The position numbers and the translations under genes are program-made. Positions 48,151-62,104 of a stretch of 64,000 bases of DNA are shown here, one piece after another; positions within the stretch are counted from its first letter, which is position 1; each line of letters begins with the position of its first letter. Under the pieces are notes generated by a model, which saw nothing but the letters and a program-made list of their open reading frames with translations, made no database searches and was not told the DNA's origin. The stretch covers positions 56,803-120,802 of the forward strand of contig CAWEBF010000033.1 in assembly GCA_963807235.1 (NCBI GenBank), read 5' to 3'. Origin of the DNA: an uncultured Acidobacteriota bacterium (lineage in GTDB: Bacteria; Acidobacteriota; Vicinamibacteria; Vicinamibacterales; UBA2999).

Positions 48151-48927
48151 ATGGACACACCCTTCGTCATCGCGGGCCGGACGTTTCGCTCGCGACTCAT
48201 CGTGGGCACCGGCAAGTACCCCTCGCACGCCGTGATGCGGCAGGTGCACGAGGCGTCGGGCACCGACATGGCCACGGTGGCCGTCCGGCGCGTGAACATT
48301 TCGGATCGCTCGCGCGAGTCGCTGCTGGACTACATCGACGAGAAGCGCATCTTCCTGCTGCCGAACACGGCCGGCTGCTACACGGCCGACGAGGCCATCC
48401 GCACGGCGCGGCTCGGCCGCGAGGCGGGCCTCGGCCACTGGGTCAAGCTGGAAGTGATCGGCGACGAGCGGACGCTCTTCCCCGACAACGAAGCGCTGAT
48501 CGAAGCCACCAGGGCCCTCGTGAAGGACGGCTTCGTGGTGCTGCCCTACACCAACGACGACCCCGTCGCGTGCCGCAAGCTGGAAGAAGCTGGCTCGTCC
48601 GCCGTGATGCCGCTGGGCGCGCCCATCGGCTCGGGCCTGGGCATCCAGAACAGCAACAACATCCGGATCATCCGCGAGTTCTCGAAGGTGCCGGTGATCG
48701 TGGACGCGGGCGTGGGCACGGCGTCGGACGCCGCGCTGGCCATGGAGCTCGGCGCCGATGGCGTGCTGATGAACACGGCGATTGCGGGCGCCGAGCAGCC
48801 GGTGCAGATGGCCGAGGCCATGCGCCACGCGGTGATCGCGGGCCGTCTCGCGTACCTCTCGGGCCGCATCCCACGGAAGATGTACGCCACAGCCAGCAGT
48901 CCTGTCGAAGGCATGGTGGGGCGCTAA
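48151..48927 (+). CDS. thiG: Thiazole synthase
   Basis: Blocks: [67 protein letters not shown] 48151 is preferred over the track start at 48133. Confidence 0.95.
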   Translation: MDTPFVIAGRTFRSRLIVGTGKYPSHAVMRQVHEASGTDMATVAVRRVNISDRSRESLLDYIDEKRIFLLPNTAGCYTADEAIRTARLGREAGLGHWVKLEVIGDERTLFPDNEALIEATRALVKDGFVVLPYTNDDPVACRKLEEAGSSAVMPLGAPIGSGLGIQNSNNIRIIREFSKVPVIVDAGVGTASDAALAMELGADGVLMNTAIAGAEQPVQMAEAMRHAVIAGRLAYLSGRIPRKMYATASSPVEGMVGR

Positions 48928-48931
48928 ACAC

Positions 48932-50083
48932 TTGGGCGACGAGGCCGGCCGCACGAGCCCCATCGAAACGAACACCGCGTACAAGGAACTGGTCGATCGG
49001 CTGAACCGCGACTGGCTGTTCGGCGGAGCCGCGCCGGCCAGCGGGTCGCTGAAGCATCGCGCGCTCTACCGCATGCGCCGGTTCCTGGCGCGTCTGGTCG
49101 GCACACAGGAACACTTCAACGCCTCCGTGGTGCAGTTCGTCAACACATTGAACGAGGCGGCTGGGCCGGCGATGGGCGCGCTGGACGACGTGGAGCGGCA
49201 CCGCGAGGCGCTGGCGGCACGAGAGCGGCGGATGGACGTCGAGATGGCGCGGATGCGCGCCGAGCACGAGGAGCTGCGCACCGCTCTCGGCGTGCTGCGC
49301 CAGGCGAATCACGACCTGGCACGCGAGATCGAACGCGTGCGCGGCGGGTCGGCGCCGGCGGCAGGGGGATCACCGGCCCCCACGGCCCAGCCACCGGTAG
49401 TGGCCCTGAGCCACAAGTACGTGGGCTTCGAGGATCAGTTCCGCGGCACGCCCGAAGAGATCCGCGAGCGGCTCGTGCCCTACGCGGACCTGTTCGTGGG
49501 CGCCTCGGACGTACTGGACGTGGGCTGCGGCCGCGGCGAGTTCCTGGCGCTGCTGGCCGAGCGCGGCATACGCGCCAGGGGCATCGACGTCAACGAGTCG
49601 ATGGTGGAAGTGTGCCGGCAGAAGGGGCTGTCGGCCACTCGCGAAGACGCGCTGGCTTACCTGCGCGCGCAGCCGGCCGGTTCGCTCGGTGGACTCCTGG
49701 CCGCGCAAGTCGTCGAGCATGTGGACCCGGGCTACCTGACGAACCTACTGGACGCCGCATGGGCAGCCCTGCGCCCCGGCTCGCTGGCCGTCATCGAAAC
49801 CATCAACCCGGCGTGCTGGTTCGCGTTCTTCGAAAGCTACATCCGCGACATCACGCACGTGCGGCCGCTGCATCCCGAGACGCTGAAGTACCTGCTCGTG
49901 GCCAGCGGCTTCGAGCACGTGGAGATCCGGTTCCGGTCGCCCTACCCCGAGCACGAGAAGCTGCAACGCGTGGCCGGCGCGGCGCTGGGCGATGCGGCGG
50001 ACGTGCTGAACGCGAACGCCGAGAAGATCAACCGGCTGCTCTTCACGCACCTGGACTACGCCGCCGTGGCGCGGCGTGCGTAA
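48932..50083 (+). CDS. Class I SAM-dependent methyltransferase with N-terminal coiled-coil region
   Basis: Motif I is VLDVGCGRGEF, with LAAQVVEHV downstream. The N-terminal 150 aa are heptad-rich. The start codon is TTG and is uncertain. Confidence 0.75.
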   Translation: MGDEAGRTSPIETNTAYKELVDRLNRDWLFGGAAPASGSLKHRALYRMRRFLARLVGTQEHFNASVVQFVNTLNEAAGPAMGALDDVERHREALAARERRMDVEMARMRAEHEELRTALGVLRQANHDLAREIERVRGGSAPAAGGSPAPTAQPPVVALSHKYVGFEDQFRGTPEEIRERLVPYADLFVGASDVLDVGCGRGEFLALLAERGIRARGIDVNESMVEVCRQKGLSATREDALAYLRAQPAGSLGGLLAAQVVEHVDPGYLTNLLDAAWAALRPGSLAVIETINPACWFAFFESYIRDITHVRPLHPETLKYLLVASGFEHVEIRFRSPYPEHEKLQRVAGAALGDAADVLNANAEKINRLLFTHLDYAAVARRA

Positions 50084-50085
50084 GC

Positions 50086-50926
50086 TCACCGGATCGTATA
50101 CAGCGCCTTGGCCTCTCCGAGCGACGCGATTCTCTGGTCGAACAACTGCACGAGTTTGTCGCGCCTGATGAACAGGGCCTCGATCTCGTCCCTGGTCAGT
50201 ACGCCTTTGACCCCGTCGGCGAAGGCCTGACGGTCGAGCGTGCGCAGCTTATCGAGGAGCGAGCGCTCGATTCGCGAGAGGTTCTTTGGGTTCAAGAGGT
50301 CCTTCCCCAGCCGGAAGGCACGCGTGTGGTCGACCATCCACATGCTGCTGTCGCGTGCCCACATGATGTTGCCGGCGTTCCGATCGCGGTTCTGAATCAG
50401 CTCGTCGAACACGTACATGACGCCGTAATAGTCGGCCGCACGCAGCGGATTCCGATGTTCGACTTTTGCTTTTCTCCGATCGCCTTCGTCCATCACCTCC
50501 TCGAGCCACCAGGTCACCGCGGCGGGTTGTCCCTCGACGATCCGCTTGACCGACATCGGCACATTGTCGAGTCCGAGGAGTACAGGCCAGGCGATACGCC
50601 GCGACGTTGTAGCAGTAGCAGTCCCTGAAGTTGACCTCGGTGTGCTTCGGCCCCACCTCGAAGAATGCTTTCGCAATGTCCACGGTCTGGATCTGCGCGT
50701 CGTGTGTGACGACGCCGTCCGACAGCGTGACCTGTCTGGCGTCTGTGACACCTTTCAGCGTCCTGATTTTCTTGACGATTTTCCCCTCCAGCAGGAACTT
50801 CTCCATCTCCGCCGTGCTGAGCGAAGCGGGTGCGGGTGCGGCAGTGGCAGCCTGGCCGGCAGCCGGCCAAGGTCCCGCCACGAGCATGACCAGAGCCACC
50901 AACAAGACGCGACACATAGTTCTCAT
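50086..50926 (-). CDS. Secreted PI3/PI4-kinase-like (lipid/protein-kinase-fold) protein, one frame break
   Basis: ATG 50926 has a GGAGA RBS. The signal peptide and ...NFRDCYCYNVAAYRLA lie in ORF 50249..51391. The frame switches near 50585 to ORF 50086..50751 (LLGLDNVPMSV...ELIQNRDRNAGNIMW...MVDHTRAF). The fold assignment rests on the AAYRL..LLGL..VP and DRNxGN..DH motifs only. Confidence 0.5.
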
Positions 50927-50976
50927 ACGGTTTCTCCAGGTGAACTCAGGGATCAAGAACGCGTGTCCCGGCAGCA

Positions 50977-52887
50977 TCAGGGCAGCGTTTGCGCGATGGC
51001 CAGGGACGCCCAGCTCGTGCCGGCCGCCGAAATCCACTGGTGCCGGCTGAACGGAAATCCGCTCTCGAAGTAGCGCTGCACCGGAAACGCATGCGTCCTC
51101 ACGAGCCATGCACCGTCCGGATACTGCGTGGCAAGCAGGAACAAGACGCCTCTGCGATAGGCGTCGTCGGCCGGCACGCCCGCGACGTGCAGCGCATACA
51201 GAGAGAGACCGGTCGCATACGCGTCTGCGTCGGTCCGGCCCGTCTGCGACCATCCCCCGCCGGGCTCCTGCTGTGCGCGGATCTCCGCGATCGCCTCGTC
51301 GATGCGCGAGCGCGGCGCATCGGTCCAGACCAGGCCCATCAGGCGCATCCCGCGTTCCTCGGCGGAGGTCCCCCGCGCCGCCAGCAGCCACTGCTGCGCG
51401 CGTCGCAGGCTCTCACGAATCTCCTCCCTCCGGCCCGGGAGCTCGTACGCCCTCAGCCCACCCGCTGCAAGCGCCGTGTGGCTGATCGTGCTGTATTCGG
51501 AGGGCGGCCGATCGATGCCGTTGCCCAGCCACCGGCCGTCCGTCATCTGCCGCGCGAGCAGCCAGTGCGTGGTAGCGGCGGTGACCCCGTCGAGCGGATG
51601 GCCCTCGGCCGCCAGCGCCATCTGGACGTATCCGGCGGTTATGGCCTCGCCGCCGATCGCCGAGTCGCTCAGCATCATCCGGCCGCTCGCGGCCTTGAAA
51701 AAGGCCAGTATGTCGTCGATATTCTTCCGCGCCTGCGGCTCGTTGATCTCGATGCCCTTCTTCCGGGTCACAGCCGCCGCCAGGGCCGGCAGGGCATTGT
51801 GATGACAGGAGATGCAGCCCGTCTGCTCGCGGAATTTCGGGGCGACTTCCAACACCCGCGCCACGGCTCGGCTGAGGGCGACTCTTGAGTCGGCCGAAAC
51901 GACACCGATCTCCGGCGGGGGCGGAATCGCCTGGCGCCGTGGACCGTCGCCACGAGTGGCGCCATGCTTCTCGAGCAGCTGAATCTTCGCGCGGTCCCCT
52001 TTGTAGATCGCCCAATCCAGCGCCGACTCCCCTTCAGTGCTCCGCGCGTTCGGGTCGGCGCCACGCTCGAGCAGGATTCGCAGCGCGTCGGCGCCCTGGC
52101 CTTCCGAGGTGACGGCCGTCAGTAGAGCGGTTCTCGCGTACTGCGCCGGCGGCGAAATCTGGTTCACGTCGGCCCCGAGCTCGAGCCAGCGGGCGACCAT
52201 CGGCGCGGGCTGCCACATCGACGCGGCCATCAGCACATCCGGCGTGAAACCAAGCTTCATCGACATCAGATAGTTCGTCGTCGGCAGATCGTGGCGCACG
52301 AAAGCGGCCCGCCGCGCCGGCGGCGACAGCGCGTTCGGGTCGAGACCCCTCTCCACCAGCAGGCGCACGACGTCGACGTCGGAGGCTCTGACGGCAAATG
52401 CCAGCGCCGTCGTGCCGGCGCCATCCTGAGCGCGCACGTCGGCGCCGCGGTCCAGGAGAAGCCGCAGTACGTCAACGGTTCCGGGAAAGGCAGAGGCCAC
52501 GAGCAGCGCCGTGCGTCCCGTATTCGCTTTAGCCGCAACGTCGGCTCCTCGTGCCAGAAGAAGCCGGACCTTGTCGATGTCGGAAACCGCCCACATCAGC
52601 GCCGTGGCGCCGGACGCGTCGCTTTTGTTCGGGTCGGCGCCGCGCTTCAGCAGCAGGTCCACCACACGAGCGTCGCCGAAGAGCGTCGCCGCCATGAGTG
52701 CGGGGGTGCCGTCGGTATCGAGCGCGTTCGGGCTCGCGCCGCCGGCGAGCAGGCGCTCGACGTCGGCCACGTCCCCACGCCGCAGCGCCGCGAACAGCGC
52801 GTCGTTCGAGGACGCGCTTTGCGCCGAGGCCGTCGCGACGACGAACGCCGCAAGGGCTATGCGGATGAACGTGGAAAAGCCTCTCAC
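50977..52887 (-). CDS. Secreted ankyrin-repeat + CxxCH + prenyltransferase/squalene-oxidase-like (alpha/alpha toroid) repeat protein
   Basis: Distal part of ORF 50977..53355, from GTG 52887. There are at least 5 ankyrin units (GASPNALDTDGTPALMAA..., GADPNKSDASGATALMWA...). CISCHH follows, then QW-like repeats (QMTDGRWL, QEPGGGWSQ, QYPDGAWL). Confidence 0.8.
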   Translation of the reverse strand: MRGFSTFIRIALAAFVVATASAQSASSNDALFAALRRGDVADVERLLAGGASPNALDTDGTPALMAATLFGDARVVDLLLKRGADPNKSDASGATALMWAVSDIDKVRLLLARGADVAAKANTGRTALLVASAFPGTVDVLRLLLDRGADVRAQDGAGTTALAFAVRASDVDVVRLLVERGLDPNALSPPARRAAFVRHDLPTTNYLMSMKLGFTPDVLMAASMWQPAPMVARWLELGADVNQISPPAQYARTALLTAVTSEGQGADALRILLERGADPNARSTEGESALDWAIYKGDRAKIQLLEKHGATRGDGPRRQAIPPPPEIGVVSADSRVALSRAVARVLEVAPKFREQTGCISCHHNALPALAAAVTRKKGIEINEPQARKNIDDILAFFKAASGRMMLSDSAIGGEAITAGYVQMALAAEGHPLDGVTAATTHWLLARQMTDGRWLGNGIDRPPSEYSTISHTALAAGGLRAYELPGRREEIRESLRRAQQWLLAARGTSAEERGMRLMGLVWTDAPRSRIDEAIAEIRAQQEPGGGWSQTGRTDADAYATGLSLYALHVAGVPADDAYRRGVLFLLATQYPDGAWLVRTHAFPVQRYFESGFPFSRHQWISAAGTSWASLAIAQTLP

Positions 52888-52940
52888 GAGACGTCGATGT
52901 AGATGATAGCCCCAGGCAGCGACCGTTATGACCCTTCCCG

Positions 52941-52946
52941 TATAAT
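52941..52946 (+). promoter_or_regulatory. Possible -10 box (TATAAT) for the Ser/Thr kinase gene
   Basis: A perfect TATAAT lies 13 nt upstream of ATG 52960. The only -35 candidate is weak (GCGACC, 16-nt spacing). It would give a very short leader. Confidence 0.3.
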
Positions 52947-52959
52947 TCGACCGCTTCGC

Positions 52960-57499
<4,540 letters not shown>

Positions 57500-57556
57500 T
57501 CCGTGCGCTAAGGATGGCGTCAGAACGGCACCAAGGGCAAGGTCTCTGTTGGTGCA

Positions 57557-58021
57557 ATGAGCAAGCCACGACGTTCAGCGGGTAGAATCAGAACGAGCGT
57601 CGTCGTGACACCCACGTTCGAACAGGAGGATCGCCTCATCGTCGAGGAACTGCGCCGCAGTCTGAGCGACGTGGTCGCCGCATATCGCTTCGGGTCGTCG
57701 GCGCACGGCACCACGCATCCAGGAAGCGACATCGATATCGCTGTTCTCTCTGCGACGAGACTTGCGGCAGACGCTCGTTTCGATCTGCAGGAGCGAATCG
57801 CCAGCACACTGGGCCGAAACATCGATCTGGTCGACCTCCGCGCCGCATCAAGTGTCCTTGCGATGCAGGTGGTTGCCCACGGTGTCCTGCTCTTCGAAGT
57901 CGACGCCAAGGCCAGAGGAATATTCGAGGATCGAGTGTTCGGCGCGTACGCCAGGCTCAATGAAGAGCGGAGGGGCATTCTCCAACGAGTTGCGGCAGAG
58001 GGGACGGTCCATGGTCGATGA
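57557..58021 (+). CDS. MntA-type nucleotidyltransferase (type VII antitoxin family)
   Basis: Minimal NTase motif: AYRFGSSAHGTTHPGSDIDIAVL...IDLVDL. Its end overlaps the start of the HepT-like remnant. Confidence 0.8.
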   Translation: MSKPRRSAGRIRTSVVVTPTFEQEDRLIVEELRRSLSDVVAAYRFGSSAHGTTHPGSDIDIAVLSATRLAADARFDLQERIASTLGRNIDLVDLRAASSVLAMQVVAHGVLLFEVDAKARGIFEDRVFGAYARLNEERRGILQRVAAEGTVHGR

Positions 58022-58139
58022 CGTTCTCCTCAACAAGGCAGCGGCCATCGAACGCGCCGTCGGTCGCGTCCGCGAGGAGTACGCGGGCGACCACCTGGAC
58101 GACTTCCTCGCCTTCACGCGCGTGCTTCTGAGCCTCTGA
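58011..58139 (+). pseudogene. HepT (DUF86) toxin remnant with large internal in-frame deletion
   Basis: The 42-aa ORF reads MVDDVLLNKAAAIERAVGRVREEYAGD|HLDDFLAFTRVLLSL. This is the N-terminal helix joined to the extreme C-terminus of a normally about 135-aa HepT. The Rx4HxY catalytic region is absent. Confidence 0.6.
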
Positions 58140-58196
58140 AGAAGGTGGTCGCGGCTCTTCCTGACAACATCGAAGCAGGCACGACTCGACTGCGCC

Positions 58197-59294
58197 ATGG
58201 AACAGATTGACACCGTCGTTATCGGCGCGGGCGTCGTGGGCCTTGCCGCAGCCTTGGCCATCGCCTCCCGTGGCCGCAGCGTCTGCGTACTGGAGCGTGA
58301 ACCCCGTCCCGGGCTGGGTACGAGCACCCACAACAGCCAGGTGATTCATGCGGGCATGTACTACCCGGCCGGCTCACTCAAGGCGAAGCACTGCGTGCGA
58401 GGTGGGCGGCTGCTCTACGAGTTTTGCGCGACGCACGGCGTGCCCCACCACCGGTGCGGCAAGCTGATCGTGGCGCAGAACGACGACGAAATGGGCGAGC
58501 TCGATCGTCTGCGGCTGAAAGGCCAAACGAACGGGGTCGAAGGACTCCAGATGGTGGATCGCGCGTTCATCGCCGCGCGCGAACCGCACGTCCGCGCCCA
58601 CGCGGCCCTGTTCTCGCCCAATACCGGCATTCTCAGCGCGGAGGGGCTGGTCCACGCGTTGACACGCGCGTGCCGCGACGCGGGCGCATTCGTCCTGCCA
58701 GGCTCCCCGCTGCTGGGTACTGATATCGGCGCGGACGGAATCACGCTGCGCACGCCGGCTGAAAGCATCCAGGCGCGAGTCGTGGTGAACGCCGCGGGCC
58801 TATTTGCGGACGACGTGTCGGCGATGATGGGCGGGCAGGCGTTTCGCATCCATCCGTGCCGCGGCGAGTACGTGGAGCTGGCGCCGGCCAAGCGGGCGCT
58901 GGTCAACGCGCTGGTGTATCCCCTGCCGCACGTGCACGGTCACAGCCTGGGCGTGCACCTCACGAGAACCGTGTCCGGCAACGTCACGCTGGGTCCCACC
59001 GTACGGTTCCAGGACCGCAAGGACGACTACGAGGACGGCCGCTACTCGGTGGAGGACTTTCTGGCACCTGCGCAGGAGCTGCTGCCGGAGCTGACGCTCG
59101 ACGACCTGCGCCTGGGCGGCAGCGGCATCCGCGCCAAGCTGCACCCGGCCGACCAGTCGTTCGCCGACTTCATGATCGGCCGCGATGCCCACTCGCCGCG
59201 GCTCATCCAGGTGGCGGGCATCGAGTCGCCGGGGTTGACGGCGTGTTTGTCGATAGCCGTGGATGTGGCGGAGCTCGTGGACGCTGCCCTCTAA
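58197..59294 (+). CDS. FAD-dependent oxidoreductase (L-2-hydroxyglutarate oxidase-like)
   Basis: Motifs: [28 protein letters not shown], and the C-terminal [11 protein letters not shown]. Confidence 0.8.
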   Translation: MEQIDTVVIGAGVVGLAAALAIASRGRSVCVLEREPRPGLGTSTHNSQVIHAGMYYPAGSLKAKHCVRGGRLLYEFCATHGVPHHRCGKLIVAQNDDEMGELDRLRLKGQTNGVEGLQMVDRAFIAAREPHVRAHAALFSPNTGILSAEGLVHALTRACRDAGAFVLPGSPLLGTDIGADGITLRTPAESIQARVVVNAAGLFADDVSAMMGGQAFRIHPCRGEYVELAPAKRALVNALVYPLPHVHGHSLGVHLTRTVSGNVTLGPTVRFQDRKDDYEDGRYSVEDFLAPAQELLPELTLDDLRLGGSGIRAKLHPADQSFADFMIGRDAHSPRLIQVAGIESPGLTACLSIAVDVAELVDAAL

Positions 59295-60394
59295 GACGAT
59301 GGGCTCCGGGCTCCAGGCTCCAGGCTCCAGGCCTCACCGAAAAGCGCACCGGTAGGAGTCGCCAAGAACGCTCCGAGTGGAATCTCTTCCTGCTTCAGGA
59401 ACCCTCGCTGAGGCAAGACACCATCGCTCACGAGTTGGATCACAGCGACGGCCGACGACGCGGTGGTCCAGGCGATCGCGCTTTCGAGCCGACCTGCCAC
59501 CTCGCGAGGACGATAGGCGCGCACGAACTCCTTGCGCTGCAGCCGGCCGTCGATCACGCCTTCGGCCGACACGTGTACGTAGACCACGTCGGCGCCAACC
59601 GGCGGCTTGGCGTGCGTCAGGATTTCGCCAGCCAGCTCGCGCCGCTCGCGCATCAGCAGCTCATGGAAGAAGAAGTTCATCACCGTCATGTGGCCAGGAT
59701 AGCGGATGGTCTTGTAGTCGATGTTCGCCACCTTGCCGTGGAACGTCTCGCAGATCGTGCCCAGGCCCCCGGATGTGGTGAACGCCTCGAGCGCAACGCC
59801 CTCCACGTAGAGCAGCTCGTGCCACTCCATGGACGACACCCACTTGCGCTCGCCGTCCTCGATCACCTCGCAGTCGTTCAGGTACTCGTTCACCACGCCT
59901 TCGGGCGACCAGTTGAACGCATAGCCCATCAGGCCGGTGGGGTTCTGGGGCAACGCGCCCACGCGCAGCCTCAAGGATCGGCAGGTGTCGAACTGCTGCA
60001 CCTGCGAGGCGCCCACGATGCCGATGAACCCGGGGGCGAGACCACACTGCGGCGCCATCACGCCGCGCGCAGTGGCGCTCAGCGCCCTGACCATCGCGGT
60101 GGTGGATACGTCCTCCGTGAGATCGAAGTAGTGGATGCCGAGACGGTGGGCGGCCGCGGCCAGGCGCCGGTTCAGGCGATACGGCAGGCACGACAGCACG
60201 GCATCGCAGGATGCCAGGGCTCGGGCGAGTTCGTCGTCCGAGTCCAGATCCACTCCGCGGCAGGGGAACGACGTGGAGCCGTCCGCCTCGCGCAGGTCCA
60301 GCCCCACAACCCCGAACCCGCTGTCGTGCAGGAGTTTGGCCGCCACAGTGCCCACCCGGCCGAGACCGCAGACGGTGATTGCGCGAAGAGCCAT
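59291..60394 (-). CDS. Saccharopine dehydrogenase family NAD(P)-binding protein
   Basis: Motifs: [34 protein letters not shown]. The C-terminal tail ...[15 protein letters not shown] is encoded by the heptamer tract, so the true stop is uncertain. Confidence 0.8.
   Translation of the reverse strand: MALRAITVCGLGRVGTVAAKLLHDSGFGVVGLDLREADGSTSFPCRGVDLDSDDELARALASCDAVLSCLPYRLNRRLAAAAHRLGIHYFDLTEDVSTTAMVRALSATARGVMAPQCGLAPGFIGIVGASQVQQFDTCRSLRLRVGALPQNPTGLMGYAFNWSPEGVVNEYLNDCEVIEDGERKWVSSMEWHELLYVEGVALEAFTTSGGLGTICETFHGKVANIDYKTIRYPGHMTVMNFFFHELLMRERRELAGEILTHAKPPVGADVVYVHVSAEGVIDGRLQRKEFVRAYRPREVAGRLESAIAWTTASSAVAVIQLVSDGVLPQRGFLKQEEIPLGAFLATPTGALFGEAWSLEPGARSPSS
59302..59336. repeat. GGCTCCA heptanucleotide tract, copy 3
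   Basis: ggctccg ggctcca ggctcca ggctcca ggcctca begins 8 nt after the plus-strand stop at 59294. It is translated as the last 12 codons of the minus-strand ORF. Confidence 0.9.
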
Positions 60395-60406
60395 TGGGTC
60401 ACTGTA

Positions 60407-60477
60407 CCGCGAGCGGCGCTATACTCCCGCTCGCGGAAGGCGCCGCGAGCGAGCTCTACTGGCGCTCGCGGAAGGCA
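60407..60477. promoter_or_regulatory. Two tandem copies of a 36-nt palindromic module in a divergent promoter region
   Basis: CCGCGAGCG-N12-CGCTCGCGGAAGGC (60407-60441) and CCGCGAGCG-N11-CGCTCGCGGAAGGC (60443-60476). They lie between ATG 60394 (minus strand) and ATG 60506 (plus strand). Confidence 0.35.
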
Positions 60478-60505
60478 AAAGGCTAAGGGCAAAAGGGAGC
60501 GACGC

Positions 60506-62055
60506 ATGGGGACTCGTCTACGCGTGCTGGTTGGCGTGAGCTGGTTGATCTCAGCCGCGAGTGCCTCGGCAGCGACGCCATGTGAAGCCCTCGGCACGCT
60601 GACGCTTCCAATGGGAAGCGTCACGGTGTCGCAGCCCGTGACCAGGGGTGCATTCGTCCCCCCGGTGCGGCGCTTCCGGCCACCGCGCAGACGATCTACA
60701 CGCGGCTGCCGGAATTCTGCCGCGCCATGCTGACGCTGACGCCGAGCAGCGATTCGGACATCAAGGTCGAGGTGTGGCTGCCAGCCTCGGGCTGGAACGG
60801 GAAGTTCCAGGCTGTGGGCAACGGCGGCTTCGCGGGCACGCTGCCGTACGCCGCGATGGCGCGGGCGGTGCTCGACGGTTACGCCACGGCTGGCACCGAC
60901 ACCGGCCACGTGGGCAACAACGCGGAGTTCGCCCTCGGCCATCCCGAGAAGCTGGTGGACTTCGGCTATCGCGCCGTGCACGAGATGGCCGTGGCGGCCA
61001 AGCGTGTGATCGATGCGCACTACGGCCGCGCGCCGCAATTCTCCTACTTCAACGGCTGCTCTCAGGGCGGCCGCCAGGGGATCACGAGCGCGCAGCGCTA
61101 TCCCGCCGACTTCGACGGCATCGTCGCCGGCGCGGCCGCGTGGGACCAGATGCGCTCCCACGCCGCGCGGCTCGCGCTGAACCTGACGATGAACCGCTCG
61201 CCCGACGCGGTGATCCCCCCGAGCAAGTACCCGATGATCCACGACTACGTTATGAAGGCGTGCGACGGTCTGGACGGCGTGACCGACGGTGTGCTGGAGG
61301 ATCCCACCGGCTGCACCGTGGACTTCTCCGCGCTGGCGTGCAAAGGCGCCGACGCCGCGTCGTGCCTCACGGCGGCCCAGATCATCTCGGCCAAGGCGAT
61401 TACCTCGCCGCTCACACGGCCGGGGAGCACCGAACCCATCTTCCCGGGCTATCTGACGCCAGGGGCCGAGCTGGAGTGGGATGTGCTGGGCGGCCCGCAG
61501 CCGCTGCGACTGTCGCAGACCGCCGTCGCCAACATCGTCTACGGCGACAAGGCGTGGAGCCCGCGCGCCTTCAACCCGGCCGCGGAACTGGATCGCATCG
61601 ACGCCTCGGATCAGGGCGCCATGAAATCCAACGACCCGAACCTGGCGCCGTTCTTCAATCGCGGCGGGAAGCTGCTGATGTGGCACGGCTGGACCGATCC
61701 GCAGGTGCCGCCGCAGCTCAGCACGATCTACTACTCCAACGTGCTGAAAACGGTGGGCCCGGGCGCCGATCAGTCGATCGCGCTGTTCATGATGCCGGGG
61801 GTCTATCACTGCGCCGGCGGTCCCGGACCCGACAACTTCGACCGCATGGGCGCCATCGCCGCCTGGGTCGAGCGCGGCAACAAGCCCGCGCGGCTCACGG
61901 CGTCGCGCGTGAGCACCGGCGTGGTGGACCGCACGCGACCGCTGTGTCCGTACCCGCAGGTCGCGGTCTACTCCGGCATTGGCAGCACCAACGACGCCGC
62001 GAACTTCTCGTGCCAGGCGCCCGCGGCGCCGCGTCCATCTACTGCACGCCGGTGA
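60506..62055 (+). CDS. Tannase/feruloyl-esterase family alpha/beta hydrolase, secreted; one frame break
   Basis: ATG 60506 has a GGGAG RBS. The signal peptide lies in the tail of ORF 58856..60733. The frame switches in the C6 run at 60658-60663 to ORF 60727..62055's frame (PEFCRAMLTLTPSSDSDIKVEVWLP..., nucleophile block FNGCSQGGRQG, HCAGGPGP). Confidence 0.85.
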
Positions 62056-62063
62056 GGGCTGGC

Positions 62064-62093
62064 GAGCCATCGCCCTCAGGAGGGCGATGGCTC
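62064..62093. terminator. Strong stem-loop between convergent genes (possible bidirectional terminator)
   Basis: GAGCCATCGCCCTC-ag-GAGGGCGATGGCTC has 12-14 bp arms and is followed by TTGGTCAGTTCTC. It lies between the stops at 62055 and 62105. Confidence 0.5.
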
Positions 62094-62104
62094 TTGGTCA
62101 GTTC

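Noticed and set aside
60172-62070. 632-aa minus-strand ORF.
   Set aside because: It is antisense to the tannase-family esterase, whose catalytic blocks read cleanly on the plus strand. It is a shadow ORF.
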